Assembly (NCBI GenBank): GCA_963716395.1
Contig: OY970309.1
Coordinates: forward strand, 1,376,001 to 1,440,000
Reading direction: 5' to 3'
From: an uncultured Fibrobacteria bacterium
GTDB lineage: Bacteria; Fibrobacterota; Fibrobacteria; UBA11236
DNA: 64,000 nucleotides
Shown here: positions 11,975-22,696 of the stretch, piece after piece
How the letters are laid out: the number at the start of each line of letters is the position of its first letter
Position numbering within the stretch: the first letter of the stretch is position 1
Translations under genes and position numbers: made by a program
The notes under the pieces: model-generated
What the model was told of the DNA's origin: nothing
Databases searched by the model: none
Seen by the model: the letters and a program-made list of their open reading frames with translations, nothing else

Positions 11975-13932
11975 CTAAAACGTCTGGGCCAAATCGATGA
12001 CCCACGCATCGGGCCAGTTGCCGTTACCGGGCGCGCCGTAGGCCATATGAGTCGGAAATTGAAAATGCCGAGCAGGGGGTAGCGCAAGCCGATGCCGTAA
12101 GCTTTGCCCTGGCCGTGGGTTTGCGTCGAAAAAGAAAAACCGTCTTCGACGTTCCACACTTTGCCGAAATCGTAGAAGGGCACGACTTCAAGTGGAATCA
12201 AGGCCTTCAGGAACGTGCGCGGGTTGATGAAGCCGAAGTCGAACAGCACGATGCGCAATTCGTAGGAAGTCAGGAAATACGCTGCTTCCAGGTGATCGGT
12301 GGAGCAGAACCCGGCTGTGTCGACTTCGGGGCACAGGCTTTGGAAGCCGTAGCTGCGCACACTGCGGCTGCCGCCGAGAAAGAAACGCTCGGAGTTGGTT
12401 CCGCCTTCGCCGAAGAAGCGGCCGCCGGAAAGCCGCACCGCGAATTTGATCTGGCGTAGCGGCGGGTAATAGTAATAGTCTGAACTTTGCACTTCGAACC
12501 AGTTGTGGCGTAGGCGCGTCAGCGCCAGATCCCCGTCTTCGACCAGCGGTCCACCGTTGCCCCAGATGAAGGCGTAGCGCAGGCCGCGCGTCGGGTCCAT
12601 CGGCTGATCGACGAAGCTGATCGTCGCGGTTTGGATGAAGTTGAGGTCCAGCGCGCGCGTGCGGCCGACGCCCATCATCTGGCTTTCGGCGCCCGTTTCC
12701 GCATCGCTGATGAGCCGCAGCCAATACGACCACGGCCAGCTCAGGCGCGCGCTGTTGGTGGCGGTGAAATCGCCTCCGAACAGCCCTTGCGAATTCGGCA
12801 CCGGCGGAGCCTGATACCAGTTCACGTCGAGATCATTGTTGAAACGGATGATGGATCCGAAAAGAAGCGGCAGGGTGATGCCGCCGTAAAGCCTTTGCCG
12901 ATCCGTGCTCAGCGACACTTCGGAGCGCAGTTGGTTCAGCGTGCCCGCCACATTGTCATAGTCGGCGTCGAAGGAAACGCCAGCCCCGTATTGCGAGTCC
13001 CAGAAAAGCGATGAGCGCAGATGTCCCGGAACGTGCTCCTCGCCCTCGAGCAGAAACGCGCTGCCGTGTTCCGGCCCCGGCATCAGGCTGTCCTTGATGC
13101 GCACGAAATCGAACACGCCGGTGGATTGCAATTTTTCGATTAGCGGAGCATTCGGCGAAATTCGCACCGTGTCGCCTTTCCGGTACGGCACCAACGATCG
13201 GAGCAAACCGTGGCGCGTGATGCCCGGCAGCGAATCGTCGGGCGGGGCGCGCCGGTTGTGAATAAAAGTCGTGTCATATATCACGGGAAGAAACGGGTCC
13301 ACGGAATACGACACCTTCACCGTTTTGGAATCGGGTTTCACCGCCACTTTGTCGTCGACCTTGACGTGCACGAAACCCGCGTCGCCGTAATTGCGAATAA
13401 GCCGCCGTCGGTCCTTGAACAAATCGTTTTCCTGGTAGGGCTTGCCCGCCTCGGCGTTGAGCTCCCCGGGTTTCACCACCAGGGCAAGCGGCGTTTTGCC
13501 CGCCGGTTTCGCGTTCATCGTGTCGGCGCATACGCTGTCCACCGGCAACGTGGTGGAATCCCCGCCCGGCGGAGCGGCGCTGTCGCGCACGATCACGATG
13601 CACACGGTGTCGAACAGGTAGCGCTTTCCCTCGTCGAGGGTGAGGCGGCATTTCCAATCCTTGGGTCCGGAGCCCTGCGTCATGTCGAGATCGACATGCG
13701 CGTCGAAGAAGCCATTCTGCCGGTACAGATCCGTGACGTTGAAGACCGCGTCGTCTTTCCACCCGTTGAGGCCGTCGCCATCGAACTTTTCGGGATCGGT
13801 GGGCAGCGCGTCCTTGATTTTCCAGCCGCCGAAAAAATGGTTCCCGGTGATCTCCACGCGGATGCCGCCCAACGCCAGCGCGGCGGATGCCAGCACCGCG
13901 AACGCCGCCCGGGAAAAGTTTTTCGGCTTCAT
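11975..13932 (-). CDS. Omp85/BamA-TamA family outer membrane protein, frameshift near 12048
   Basis: ATG at 13932 overlaps the upstream stop; signal peptide; POTRA motifs (LYRQNGFFDA, YGDAGF); RFFLGGSRSVRSY; FYDFG; true C-terminus RL(D)MAYG...WVIDLAQTF* lies in a shifted frame. Confidence 0.85.
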
Positions 13933-16900
13933 TGCGTCGAATCCGCGGCAACCGGTTTTTTCGCGCCCGGGTTTCCGGCCGGCCGTTTTTTCGTCCACGG
14001 GCTTCCCCAAAAGTCGAAGTTGTAATTGAGACCGAAACGAAAGCCCACCTGCTGCTGGTTCTGCTGGACATTGCCCGCGGTGTCGGTGTACAGCGTCGCG
14101 TCGGTGCTGATGTTGTTCTTCACGCGGCGTTTCCATTCCGAATTGCGGACATAGCGTTCCAGCGGCGGCCGCCAAATCACCGAGACCAGATACGCCCAGG
14201 GATTGTTGGTTTCGGTTTCGTTTGGCCGGTAATACGATCGCAGCCGCAGGCGCGTGCGCCAGAATTCCTTGCTGTCCACTTCAAGCGAAACGGCTTCGTT
14301 GGCCGTGCCCGTATCCGCGGCGGTTTGCTTGCCCGACGACAGCGCCCCGAGTCCGCTGATTTGCGTCTGGGCAATCCAATGGCCCGACAGGCGGCCCGCC
14401 GCTTCGGAGAGATAATCGCTGGCCAAAGGCTCCAGCAGCGCCAACGCCTGCTCCTGATAAGAGGTTCTCGTAGCGCTGGTGGCGAATGCGGTGGAGTAGC
14501 ACCCGCGCCGCACCGAATAGATGAGGGCCGCCACGTCGGCGCCCGATCCGTAAGCTCCGCCGCAGTCGGTGTCGTAAGAGAATTGCACCTGCGAAAGCTG
14601 GCCGCTCAACTTGCTGATGACGGTGCATGAATCCGTGGTGCCGGCTTCGCAGTTGCGCGCCAGCTTTTTCGTGGCTTCCATGTCCACTTCGCCTTCTTCG
14701 AGCGTGGAGTTGAGCCACTTCACTTCGAGCCGGGTGATGTCGTACGACTGCCCTTTCGCGCCCAGTTCTCCCTGCGTGGAATTGATGCGGCCGTCGACAA
14801 GGGCGTACGGGTAAACCCCCCTCATGGAAAAGTTGCCGACATAGGTCATCCGGAAAATGTCGGTTTCGATTTTGTTGCCCGAGCCCGAAGTTTCGACGTT
14901 GATTTGCATTTGCATGGGGCGGCGCGCGCGGCTGCGCGTGGCGCGGCTGCGCTTGAACAAGTTTTGCAGCGCCTCGAAACTCTGGAGCTTGTAGCGGATG
15001 GTGGAGCTGTCCAGCGTCGCGATAACCTTGAGCAACGGTTGCACGTCGTCCGGGCCGTTGGCCGCAGGCTTTCCGGCCGGCGCACGGTAAAAAACCGCGA
15101 GCCGGGAAAAATCCGCGGCCACGCGCAGCGGAGGCTGAACATGCTCCGCCGAACCCGCGCCGACATGGGCCTGCAGGGTGATGAGGTTCGAGTCGGCCTT
15201 GACGTCGACGCCCAGATTGCGTAGTTGCACCTTGTCGTCGGGGCCGAGTTGCGCGATAAAGCCTCCGCCCTCGACGTGCGCCGACAGAACGCGCGCGCCG
15301 GTCAGGCCGTACTCGACGCGGCCGTTCAAATCGCCGGTGCGGCCCTTCAGCGAAAGGGCGGGAACTTTGAGCCGTCCGTCCCGGATTTTCATCGGTCCGG
15401 AAAAAGTTTCGGTGTCGAGGCCGGGAATGGCGTATTGACCTTGCAAGGTGTCCATTTGCAGCACGAGGCTTTTCAGCCCATCCTTGAAGGTCATGCCGAT
15501 TCCGGCGCGCGCGCGCAGATTCAGGATCTCGCCGGTTTTTCCCGGCAACGCGCCGCCGCCTTTCACATCCAACTCGCCCTGCACGTCCTGGAACGCGTGC
15601 ATGCGGGACGTGAAGCGGATGAAAAGGGATTGGCCCGCTTCGACGCGCACGGCCAGGGATTGATTCGGGGACAGCACGCCGCCCAGCGCGATCACGGCGG
15701 AATCGTCGAAGAGGGGTTCTTTCTTGGATACGGTAACCGCGGTGATGACCAGTGAATCTCCGGTGCCTGCGAGCGAAAGCGCGTGGATCGAGGCCATGTC
15801 TGCGGTGGCCGCCGGTTGCACGTTGCGGAAGCGGTATGCGCCATGAAAGCCCGCGGAATCGGAGTAGGAGAGGCGGCCGTCGACCACGCCGCTAAGCAAG
15901 GGAGGGTTCGGCAGCACGATGCGCAGCGCCTTGGCCAGATCGAATTGATTCGCTTCGAGATAAACCAGCCGGTAATCCTTGCGGCTGAGCTTCGTCACTT
16001 CGTAGAAAGGCCGGCCTTCCAGTTTGAGCGCGAGCCCGGCGCGTAAGGATGCGCCACCGATTGACGCAATGAGTTCGGGCACTTCCAATGCGTCTTTGTT
16101 CCAATGCGCCCGGGTTTTGAAGTCCGCTTTTTCCTTGTCGTACACGCCGGCCAAATCGACATCGGCCGCACCGGTTTGCGCCGCGCGATCCCATTGGAAG
16201 TCCAGCGTGAGGCGGGGATGGTAGGCAGCCAGTTTTTTCAAACCCCGGTACGGCAGCTTCTCCGGCATCAACCGCGTGATGCGGGCCTTCAGCAATCCGG
16301 CCTTCGGCATGTCGGCCTGCACCGAACCGAAAGCCGGATTCCAGAGGCGCAAGGTGGCCGATGTTCCAGTCTTGCCCGTTTGCAATCGACCGGCCAATTG
16401 CCAGGTGGTTTTTCCGGAGCGCAAAAAAGACGGCTCGAGTTCGTACGCCGAGTTTCGGGAGCGCAAAATGAGATGCAGCGAATCGGCCGCCGCGCCATAA
16501 GCCGTGAGGCCGCCGGCGTCAAGGGTTGCGTTCAAGGCATTGTTCTCCACGCGGCCGTTCGTGATCAGGGAGCGGAAAGCGACGTTGGTGTCGCAGAAGG
16601 CGCGCACCCACCGCTCCGCGGGGACCACGCGCGCCGAGAAAGCGCCTGCCCAGCCCCGGCCGGCTTTGTTGCGCAGGTCGGCGAAGATGCGCGAACCGTC
16701 GCCGGTGGTGATTTTCACGTCCGCCGCATTGGGATTGAACTGCGGCGCATTCACTTCGGCATCGCCCGCGATCTTGCGGCCGTCCACGACCAGCGGAATG
16801 CCGTGCACATGCCCGCTCAGGGTACCTTTCACGTGATGGAATAGCCAGCCCGGGTTTTTCAACGAGTCGGCGGCCGTTGCATGTAGGTTACCCTGGAAAC

Positions 16901-17855
16901 CGATGTCTTCGCCGCGACTGCCGCGGCTCGTGAGCAGCCATTGCCCGGCCGAATCGCGGAAGTCGAAGCGGAAGAAAACGCGCTGCGGGCTCAGCCGATA
17001 GGGCGCCGACGGATCAAACCCGGAAACCACGGCTTGCAGGTGGACCTGCGCGCGGTAGCCGCGGCCGGAAGAAACCTGCGCGGTGAAATCAAGATGGCCG
17101 ACGGTCGGCCATTTCAATCGGGGTAGCAGGGCGGCGACATACGGTTTCGAGGAAGCGGCCTGCACGTGCACGTCGGCGGAACCCCGCAGCAGATTCGTCT
17201 TGGGAAACTTTCCAGACATGGAAATTTGATCGGCGCCGCACTTCACCTCCACGTCGGCTTTGGCCTCGCGTTGGAACCAATCCACGCCCGCGTGCAGGCC
17301 AAGCGACAGCGCATGCAAAGGCCGCGCACGGATTTTTCCCACGTCCAGTTTCGCAGATTGCGATCCCGCGGTTAAAACCCGCACGTTGACGGCCGAGGCG
17401 AGAAAGCCGGAATCGTCGTCCACGAAAACGCCGCGGGCCGTCGCCCGGATCGAAACCGGAATTTTGACGTCGGGAAAAGCCAGAGAGTCAGGATGTACCG
17501 ATTGGGCGGGCGCTGAAGCTGCGGGCAACAGCGTCAGGCGTGCGGTATCGAGCGCCGCGTCGACCAAGGGTGAGAAACGGAACAGGCTTCGGAACAGATT
17601 GGCCGAAACACGGAACGATCCGGCGGCGACGCGCAGGTTCGGCGCCGTGTAGTACAGCGAATCGGCCGCGAGCGCGAAGTTCCAGTGCCAGCGTGCGTTT
17701 ACCACGCGCAAACTTCCCTGTCCCACGGCGATTCCCCGGCCCAGGTATTTGCGTACGGCCCACTTGCCGCCGAAATACGTCGTGGGTACGGATACGGCAA
17801 CCAGCGCGGCCGCCGTCCACAAGATTCTTTTCAGCCATTTGCGCCAGGATTTCAT
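13929..17855 (-). CDS. TamB/AsmA-like translocation and assembly module protein
   Basis: About 1308 aa; N-terminal anchor MKSWRKWLKRILW..; long beta-rich body; translationally coupled to the Omp85 gene. Confidence 0.7.
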   Translation of the reverse strand: MKSWRKWLKRILWTAAALVAVSVPTTYFGGKWAVRKYLGRGIAVGQGSLRVVNARWHWNFALAADSLYYTAPNLRVAAGSFRVSANLFRSLFRFSPLVDAALDTARLTLLPAASAPAQSVHPDSLAFPDVKIPVSIRATARGVFVDDDSGFLASAVNVRVLTAGSQSAKLDVGKIRARPLHALSLGLHAGVDWFQREAKADVEVKCGADQISMSGKFPKTNLLRGSADVHVQAASSKPYVAALLPRLKWPTVGHLDFTAQVSSGRGYRAQVHLQAVVSGFDPSAPYRLSPQRVFFRFDFRDSAGQWLLTSRGSRGEDIGFQGNLHATAADSLKNPGWLFHHVKGTLSGHVHGIPLVVDGRKIAGDAEVNAPQFNPNAADVKITTGDGSRIFADLRNKAGRGWAGAFSARVVPAERWVRAFCDTNVAFRSLITNGRVENNALNATLDAGGLTAYGAAADSLHLILRSRNSAYELEPSFLRSGKTTWQLAGRLQTGKTGTSATLRLWNPAFGSVQADMPKAGLLKARITRLMPEKLPYRGLKKLAAYHPRLTLDFQWDRAAQTGAADVDLAGVYDKEKADFKTRAHWNKDALEVPELIASIGGASLRAGLALKLEGRPFYEVTKLSRKDYRLVYLEANQFDLAKALRIVLPNPPLLSGVVDGRLSYSDSAGFHGAYRFRNVQPAATADMASIHALSLAGTGDSLVITAVTVSKKEPLFDDSAVIALGGVLSPNQSLAVRVEAGQSLFIRFTSRMHAFQDVQGELDVKGGGALPGKTGEILNLRARAGIGMTFKDGLKSLVLQMDTLQGQYAIPGLDTETFSGPMKIRDGRLKVPALSLKGRTGDLNGRVEYGLTGARVLSAHVEGGGFIAQLGPDDKVQLRNLGVDVKADSNLITLQAHVGAGSAEHVQPPLRVAADFSRLAVFYRAPAGKPAANGPDDVQPLLKVIATLDSSTIRYKLQSFEALQNLFKRSRATRSRARRPMQMQINVETSGSGNKIETDIFRMTYVGNFSMRGVYPYALVDGRINSTQGELGAKGQSYDITRLEVKWLNSTLEEGEVDMEATKKLARNCEAGTTDSCTVISKLSGQLSQVQFSYDTDCGGAYGSGADVAALIYSVRRGCYSTAFATSATRTSYQEQALALLEPLASDYLSEAAGRLSGHWIAQTQISGLGALSSGKQTAADTGTANEAVSLEVDSKEFWRTRLRLRSYYRPNETETNNPWAYLVSVIWRPPLERYVRNSEWKRRVKNNISTDATLYTDTAGNVQQNQQQVGFRFGLNYNFDFWGSPWTKKRPAGNPGAKKPVAADSTQ

Positions 17856-18143
17856 GTTGCTTTTACGCGCATGAATTTCGCAAGGACTACATCGGGCCAA
17901 TCACTCCGCCGATGCGTGAAAATGTCGCGGAATAAAATACGATCAAACCCGTCACGGTTGCGGGAACACGTCCGGCGGAATTTTACGGGCGGGTTTTCTT
18001 TGTCGGCTTCACATCAGGGCGCGGGGAAAACTTTGGCCCTTTCACGGCCGTCAAAGTCACGCGGGGGCATTTGGAAAAACCTCATCATGCCCGCCGCATT
18101 CCGCTCGGACGCCGCGACATCAAAATCCAGAGAGCCGTAAGTT

Positions 18144-18845
18144 CTACAACGAGAAGCCGTAGCCGAGGGTCGCGGCGACCGTGGCCACGCGGGTCGAGCC
18201 GTTCATGTCGGTGGCGACCGTGGAAAAACTGCTGCGCGTGTCCACGTTCACGAGCAGGCACCCGTGCGGCAGGCGCAGGGTGTACTCCAATCCCATGATC
18301 CATCCCGTGTCGCCGTCTTCAATGGTGGGCATGGGTGCACCGGAGTAAGGACCGCCATCCACCTGCCAGGCGATGCGATTTCCTTCTTCCAGCGCGGCGT
18401 AGACGCCGGCTTGCACGAAAAAGCTTTGACGCTTTCCCGCGGCGCCGAAACCGCCTTCCAAGGGCAGCACCAGGTAATCGATCCAGGGCGCGGCGACAAG
18501 TTCATGCGGAAAAGGATTGTTCGGGAATTCCACCGTGGTTTGGTTCGAGGTTTGACCCACGCGTTCATACCAGCCGCCCACCGAAAGGCTGACCCAATTC
18601 CAGCGTGCTTCGGCGGTGAAGCCGTAAGTCGGTTCGACTAGGGGCCGGGCCTTGGACACAGGGTCGAAATAGGCGCTTTGATCGCCCTGGGTAATCAATT
18701 CCGATCCGACCACGCCGACCCGGCCGGAGAGCAGAATTTCGTCGGCATGAAACAGCTTCTGGGAATTTCCGGCCCGGGCGGACCCGCAGACAAAGGCCAC
18801 CCCCACGCCGATTTGCCAGAGCGATATTTTCAGGCGCGGCTTCAT
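18144..18845 (-). CDS. Small outer-membrane beta-barrel (porin/PorT-like)
   Basis: Signal peptide; DYLVLPL, FFVQAGVY; C-terminal ATLGYGFSL; ATGA coupling with the upstream gene. Confidence 0.7.
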   Translation of the reverse strand: MKPRLKISLWQIGVGVAFVCGSARAGNSQKLFHADEILLSGRVGVVGSELITQGDQSAYFDPVSKARPLVEPTYGFTAEARWNWVSLSVGGWYERVGQTSNQTTVEFPNNPFPHELVAAPWIDYLVLPLEGGFGAAGKRQSFFVQAGVYAALEEGNRIAWQVDGGPYSGAPMPTIEDGDTGWIMGLEYTLRLPHGCLLVNVDTRSSFSTVATDMNGSTRVATVAATLGYGFSL

Positions 18846-21070
18846 TTCGCACCTCCCAGCCACAGCGTGGTGGCGTAGGTTCGGCCCTGTGAAAGCAGCC
18901 GCAAGGTGACGTGATTCATCCCCAGGTTCCGGAACAGGGAAAGCGGAATGCGGAATCCGTTTTGAAAGCGGTACGCGTCGAGAGGCAGCACAAATAAAAG
19001 CCGTCCCCGCAAATCGAAAACCTGCAAGACCATGTTGGATTGCAGCGGAACATTGATCACGACGTAATCCATGGAGATTTGAAACGCCGGAGAGCGGGTG
19101 AAAGACGATGCCGCTTTCACGGCGATGATGGGATTGCCATCAGGCCCGGTTAAAATGCCGGTGCCTTCCCCCGCGCTGAGATAAGCCTCTTTGCTGAGAA
19201 TGCCGTAACGCATCCCCAGACTCGATTCGCTGTTTTCAAAAATGCGGTTGGGATCGGCAGCCCACAGGCGCGCCAACCCCGAGTCTTGCGCCACGTCGGT
19301 GAAATGCGGCATCAAGGTAAGTAGGCGCGTATTGCGGCCCAGCGCGTCGATGCCCTGCAATTCCAAGGAGTCGCCAAAGGGGGTGGTCGCTTTCATCACC
19401 GCCTGGGTTTGCGCGTCGTCCGCGAAGGGCATGACCACGGCATGCACACGGTTTTGGGTGAAGGAAAGGTATTCGACCGAAGACGGCTGGAAAATGGGAA
19501 AGGACAGATAGTACAGTCCGGAGGGCGGAGCCGCCACGGACGAATAAAGCTGAAGCGGCGCAGCGTTGACGATGGCGAGGGCATTGCCCAGATCGACGCC
19601 CGGCCATTCCGCGTTATAATTGACGATGGTGGTGCTGTCGAGAATGGTTTGCACCACGGTCGCTTGGGTCAGGTCATAAGCGGTCGAGGTGACATCGCCC
19701 GTTCCCAGCATGATGATGTGGTGCAGATCGCTTTGGTTCTCATAGCTCTTTTGAATTTTGTTGAGCGCGGACAAAAAGTCGGCCTGGCTTTGGGAAATCG
19801 AATTGGAGTCGGTCCACGTGACGGGTGCCCAGCCGGGTTTTCCCGTCTTGGCGTTTTGATAGGCACTGAAAAGATTTTGGGAGCTCGAACCATTGAGGTA
19901 GGCCAGCAGGCGGGTGAAGCCGCTGTCGTTCTCGCCGGCGGGCGGAAAGAAAACCGAATCCCTTCCGTCGATGACATGCAAGAGCCCGAAGCGGTGGCCA
20001 CGGGCCCCCAATTCCACCGCCAGTTGCCGCATGTATTGGGCTTCGCTCACCGCCAGCAGCCCCTGCGCGGAAAGGGTTTTGAGGCCGGTGCCATCGGTGG
20101 TCACGAAGTTTGCGGGATTGTTCCAGCGCCAGAGAAAAACCGTTTCCATGGGATGCGACAGCAAGGTCATGATCGAATCGTTGAGCCCGGCATTGAGCAG
20201 GAGATAATGGCCGCTCCAGTCTCCCGAAGAAAAGTCCGAGGTTTGCAAGGTGGCCAGGGTATGCGGCGGCTGCACGCGTTGAAAGGTGAACGACGGGCTG
20301 TAGGGCACCGTCTGGATGTCTTTGTCATGTAAGGTCACCGGTCCGCTGGAACCCATCCATTGAAACGGGGCCGCGGTAGAATCGTCTTCGAAGAAGGTGA
20401 TGTTCACGGTTTTCGGCGCCTCGCCCGAAGGTTGAAAAATCAGGGGAATGGAGATGGGAGCCGAAGGCGATCCGGGCAGGGGCAATTCATAGCGGATGCG
20501 CACGGTGATGGGTTGGCCCAAAGCCACCTTGGCGAAGGTGGCTTCAAACCCCTGATCCGAAAGCTGCTGCAAAAAAGCCACGCGCCCATTCAGGCTCGTG
20601 GCCAGGGCGGCGCTGTCGGTGAACACATTATTGAGGGAATAGGTCATCGGTTTCAGGGTGGAGACAAACAAAGTGTCGTCATGATAAACTTCGAGCCCCC
20701 GGACGGCGGCATTGGGCGGAATGGGCAACGATCCTTGGAAGAGAAAGTCGAGCGTGCTGTTGTTGGGCCGGTTATCGATATTGCCCGACAGCGTGCCTTC
20801 TTCCACGATGTCGAGGTAAGAACCTTTGGAAGTGATGGTCAGCGCCGGGGCTTCCAACGACACCGAACCGAGCGGCGTCAACACATAGGAATAACTGATG
20901 CTGTCGACGTATTGGCTGTCGCGAAAGACATAATTGTCGTTTTGCTGGATGACATAGGTCTGGTAATTGAGTGCGGCCACGACCGGGCGCGGCATGAGGG
21001 CCAAAGCGGCCAGAATGCCGAGGACAAGCGCGGGCCGGCCGAGTGCGGGGTGGAATCCGGAAGTTTTCAT
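18842..21070 (-). CDS. Secreted protein with VIT-like N-terminal region and T9SS-like C-terminal domain
   Basis: Signal peptide; LPIPPNAAVRGLEV and ITVRIRYELPL resemble the VIT domain; C-terminal VFDLRGRLL. Confidence 0.6.
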   Translation of the reverse strand: MKTSGFHPALGRPALVLGILAALALMPRPVVAALNYQTYVIQQNDNYVFRDSQYVDSISYSYVLTPLGSVSLEAPALTITSKGSYLDIVEEGTLSGNIDNRPNNSTLDFLFQGSLPIPPNAAVRGLEVYHDDTLFVSTLKPMTYSLNNVFTDSAALATSLNGRVAFLQQLSDQGFEATFAKVALGQPITVRIRYELPLPGSPSAPISIPLIFQPSGEAPKTVNITFFEDDSTAAPFQWMGSSGPVTLHDKDIQTVPYSPSFTFQRVQPPHTLATLQTSDFSSGDWSGHYLLLNAGLNDSIMTLLSHPMETVFLWRWNNPANFVTTDGTGLKTLSAQGLLAVSEAQYMRQLAVELGARGHRFGLLHVIDGRDSVFFPPAGENDSGFTRLLAYLNGSSSQNLFSAYQNAKTGKPGWAPVTWTDSNSISQSQADFLSALNKIQKSYENQSDLHHIIMLGTGDVTSTAYDLTQATVVQTILDSTTIVNYNAEWPGVDLGNALAIVNAAPLQLYSSVAAPPSGLYYLSFPIFQPSSVEYLSFTQNRVHAVVMPFADDAQTQAVMKATTPFGDSLELQGIDALGRNTRLLTLMPHFTDVAQDSGLARLWAADPNRIFENSESSLGMRYGILSKEAYLSAGEGTGILTGPDGNPIIAVKAASSFTRSPAFQISMDYVVINVPLQSNMVLQVFDLRGRLLFVLPLDAYRFQNGFRIPLSLFRNLGMNHVTLRLLSQGRTYATTLWLGGAK

Positions 21071-21260
21071 AATGCGGACCCTTCCGTGGCGAAATGAAAT
21101 ATGAAACGTGCGACCCCCGGCGTCTGTGCGGTGAAAACGCCGGGCTTACAATCCAAGCTTAAACATAATGCAAGGGTTTACTGACGGTGTATCGTTTCGC
21201 GCTTCCAAACACAAAAAATGGTGGCTTCGGTCGCCCCGGAATTCTCCCCGGTACGCCCGT

Positions 21261-21359
21261 CCGTCTGTCGTAGGCCTGCCTTAGGCGGACCTGCGTTCAT
21301 TCACCCTCCGGTCTGATACCCCGTCCGCCGCAGGTCTGCCTCAGGTGGACCTGCGTTCA
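21261..21359. repeat. Two REP-like palindromic units, 60-bp period
   Basis: ccgtctgtcgtaggcctgccttaggcggacctgcgttca (21261-21299) and ccgtccgccgcaggtctgcctcaggtggacctgcgttca (21321-21359); each folds into a hairpin. Confidence 0.8.
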
Positions 21360-21388
21360 ATATGCAATTTCGAAGGGGATTTCCGAAC

Positions 21389-22612
21389 CTACCGCGCCGC
21401 CGACAATTGCCGCACATAGGCGATTAGCGGCGGGAATTCGGATTTCTGGATGACGCCCTGGAAGGGCGGCATTTTGGTCAGCGGCTTGAAATTCGCAGGA
21501 TGTTCGATCCAGGCCTGTAGCGAAGAGTCGGCGGGGAAGTCGACCTTGGATCGGGTCAAATCGCCGAGACCCACGCCGGACTCTCCGTGGCAGGCCACGC
21601 AGCCGTATTTGTGATAGATGGCCTTGCCGTCGGCCAGCGCCGGTCCACTCCAATCGGAAAAGTTGCGCGCCACCGCGTTGTGGATGGGCGGTACGGTTTT
21701 GAGATAGGCGAAGATGGCGCGCGCTTCTTCGTCGGTGAATTCCGGCATGCGGGTCATGGGATAGCGCAAGGGCCGGCCATCGGGGCGAATGCCGAAGCGC
21801 AAAGCTTTGACGAAATCATCTTCGCTCCATTGGCCGATGCCGGTTGCGGCATCGGGGGTCAGATTGGCGGAGTAGACGACTTTTCCATCCATTCCCACGA
21901 GAGGATTGCCGCCGCCGAGGTAGCCGAGGGAATGTTCCGGGTGCACCTCGTCCATCTTTTTGAAATCGGCCGAATGGCAACCGAAGCATTCCATTTCATC
22001 CTGCACTACGTATTTGCCGTAGGCCACCCGGTTCTTGATGTCGGGCGCCGTGATGGGGTGGTCGGGATAGGCGAAGGGTTTGAAGGCCACGTGGCAGAGA
22101 AACTTGGCCAGAAAGGTCGGCTCGGATTCGGTGTCGGGCACTGACGCGGCCTGCACGGCCGAGTCGTTGGATCGCAAATAGGCGATGATCGAATAGACGT
22201 CTTCGTCGGCGATGCGCGGCAATTTGACCATCCAGGGCGGCGCATAGCGCCCGTTGCGTTTGATTCCCGTGCGCAGGAGGTAGGCGATGTCGCCGTCGGT
22301 CCAAGTCCCGATGCCGTAGGTTGAATCCTGCGTGATATTGCGCGAATAGGCCAAGCCGAAAGTGGTGGGCAAATCGGCCAGCCGGTGTCCGGTTAACCTG
22401 CCGGTTTCGGCATTCAAATGACACTCCTTGCACAGCATGCTGGCGATGACCTTGCCGCGCGCCACCCGTGCCGGCGTGACCTGTACATGCAAGTCGATGC
22501 GGCCCGGCGAATATTTCGGGATTCCGGTGATTTGGATGTACAGGAGAAATCCACCCAGGGCCACAACCAGCAAGGCCACGACGCTGAACGCAATCAAAAA
22601 AATCCGTTTCAT
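21389..22612 (-). CDS. Membrane-anchored triheme c-type cytochrome
   Basis: N-terminal TM helix; CKECH, CFGCH and CVACH; NITQD..GIGTW and NLTPD..GIGQW repeats. Confidence 0.9.
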   Translation of the reverse strand: MKRIFLIAFSVVALLVVALGGFLLYIQITGIPKYSPGRIDLHVQVTPARVARGKVIASMLCKECHLNAETGRLTGHRLADLPTTFGLAYSRNITQDSTYGIGTWTDGDIAYLLRTGIKRNGRYAPPWMVKLPRIADEDVYSIIAYLRSNDSAVQAASVPDTESEPTFLAKFLCHVAFKPFAYPDHPITAPDIKNRVAYGKYVVQDEMECFGCHSADFKKMDEVHPEHSLGYLGGGNPLVGMDGKVVYSANLTPDAATGIGQWSEDDFVKALRFGIRPDGRPLRYPMTRMPEFTDEEARAIFAYLKTVPPIHNAVARNFSDWSGPALADGKAIYHKYGCVACHGESGVGLGDLTRSKVDFPADSSLQAWIEHPANFKPLTKMPPFQGVIQKSEFPPLIAYVRQLSAAR

Positions 22613-22696
22613 GCGGTTTCCTTTATTTCCCGAAAATGGGAGCGGGGCGAAAGGATAAAAAACGCGACGGGGATCCCGAAATTAATCGTCGGCCAG

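Noticed and set aside
11072-12060. Programmed ribosomal frameshifting or phase variation at the three indels
   Set aside because: No slippery heptamer or simple-sequence repeat at the sites, and the indel directions are mixed
11764-14175. 803-aa Omp85 ORF as listed
   Set aside because: The N-terminal extension overlaps the tamB-like gene and the C-terminal tail results from a frameshift; corrected span is 11975-13932
21261-21359. Mini-CRISPR
   Set aside because: Only two imperfect units with a 21-bp gap and no cas genes; REP-like structure fits better
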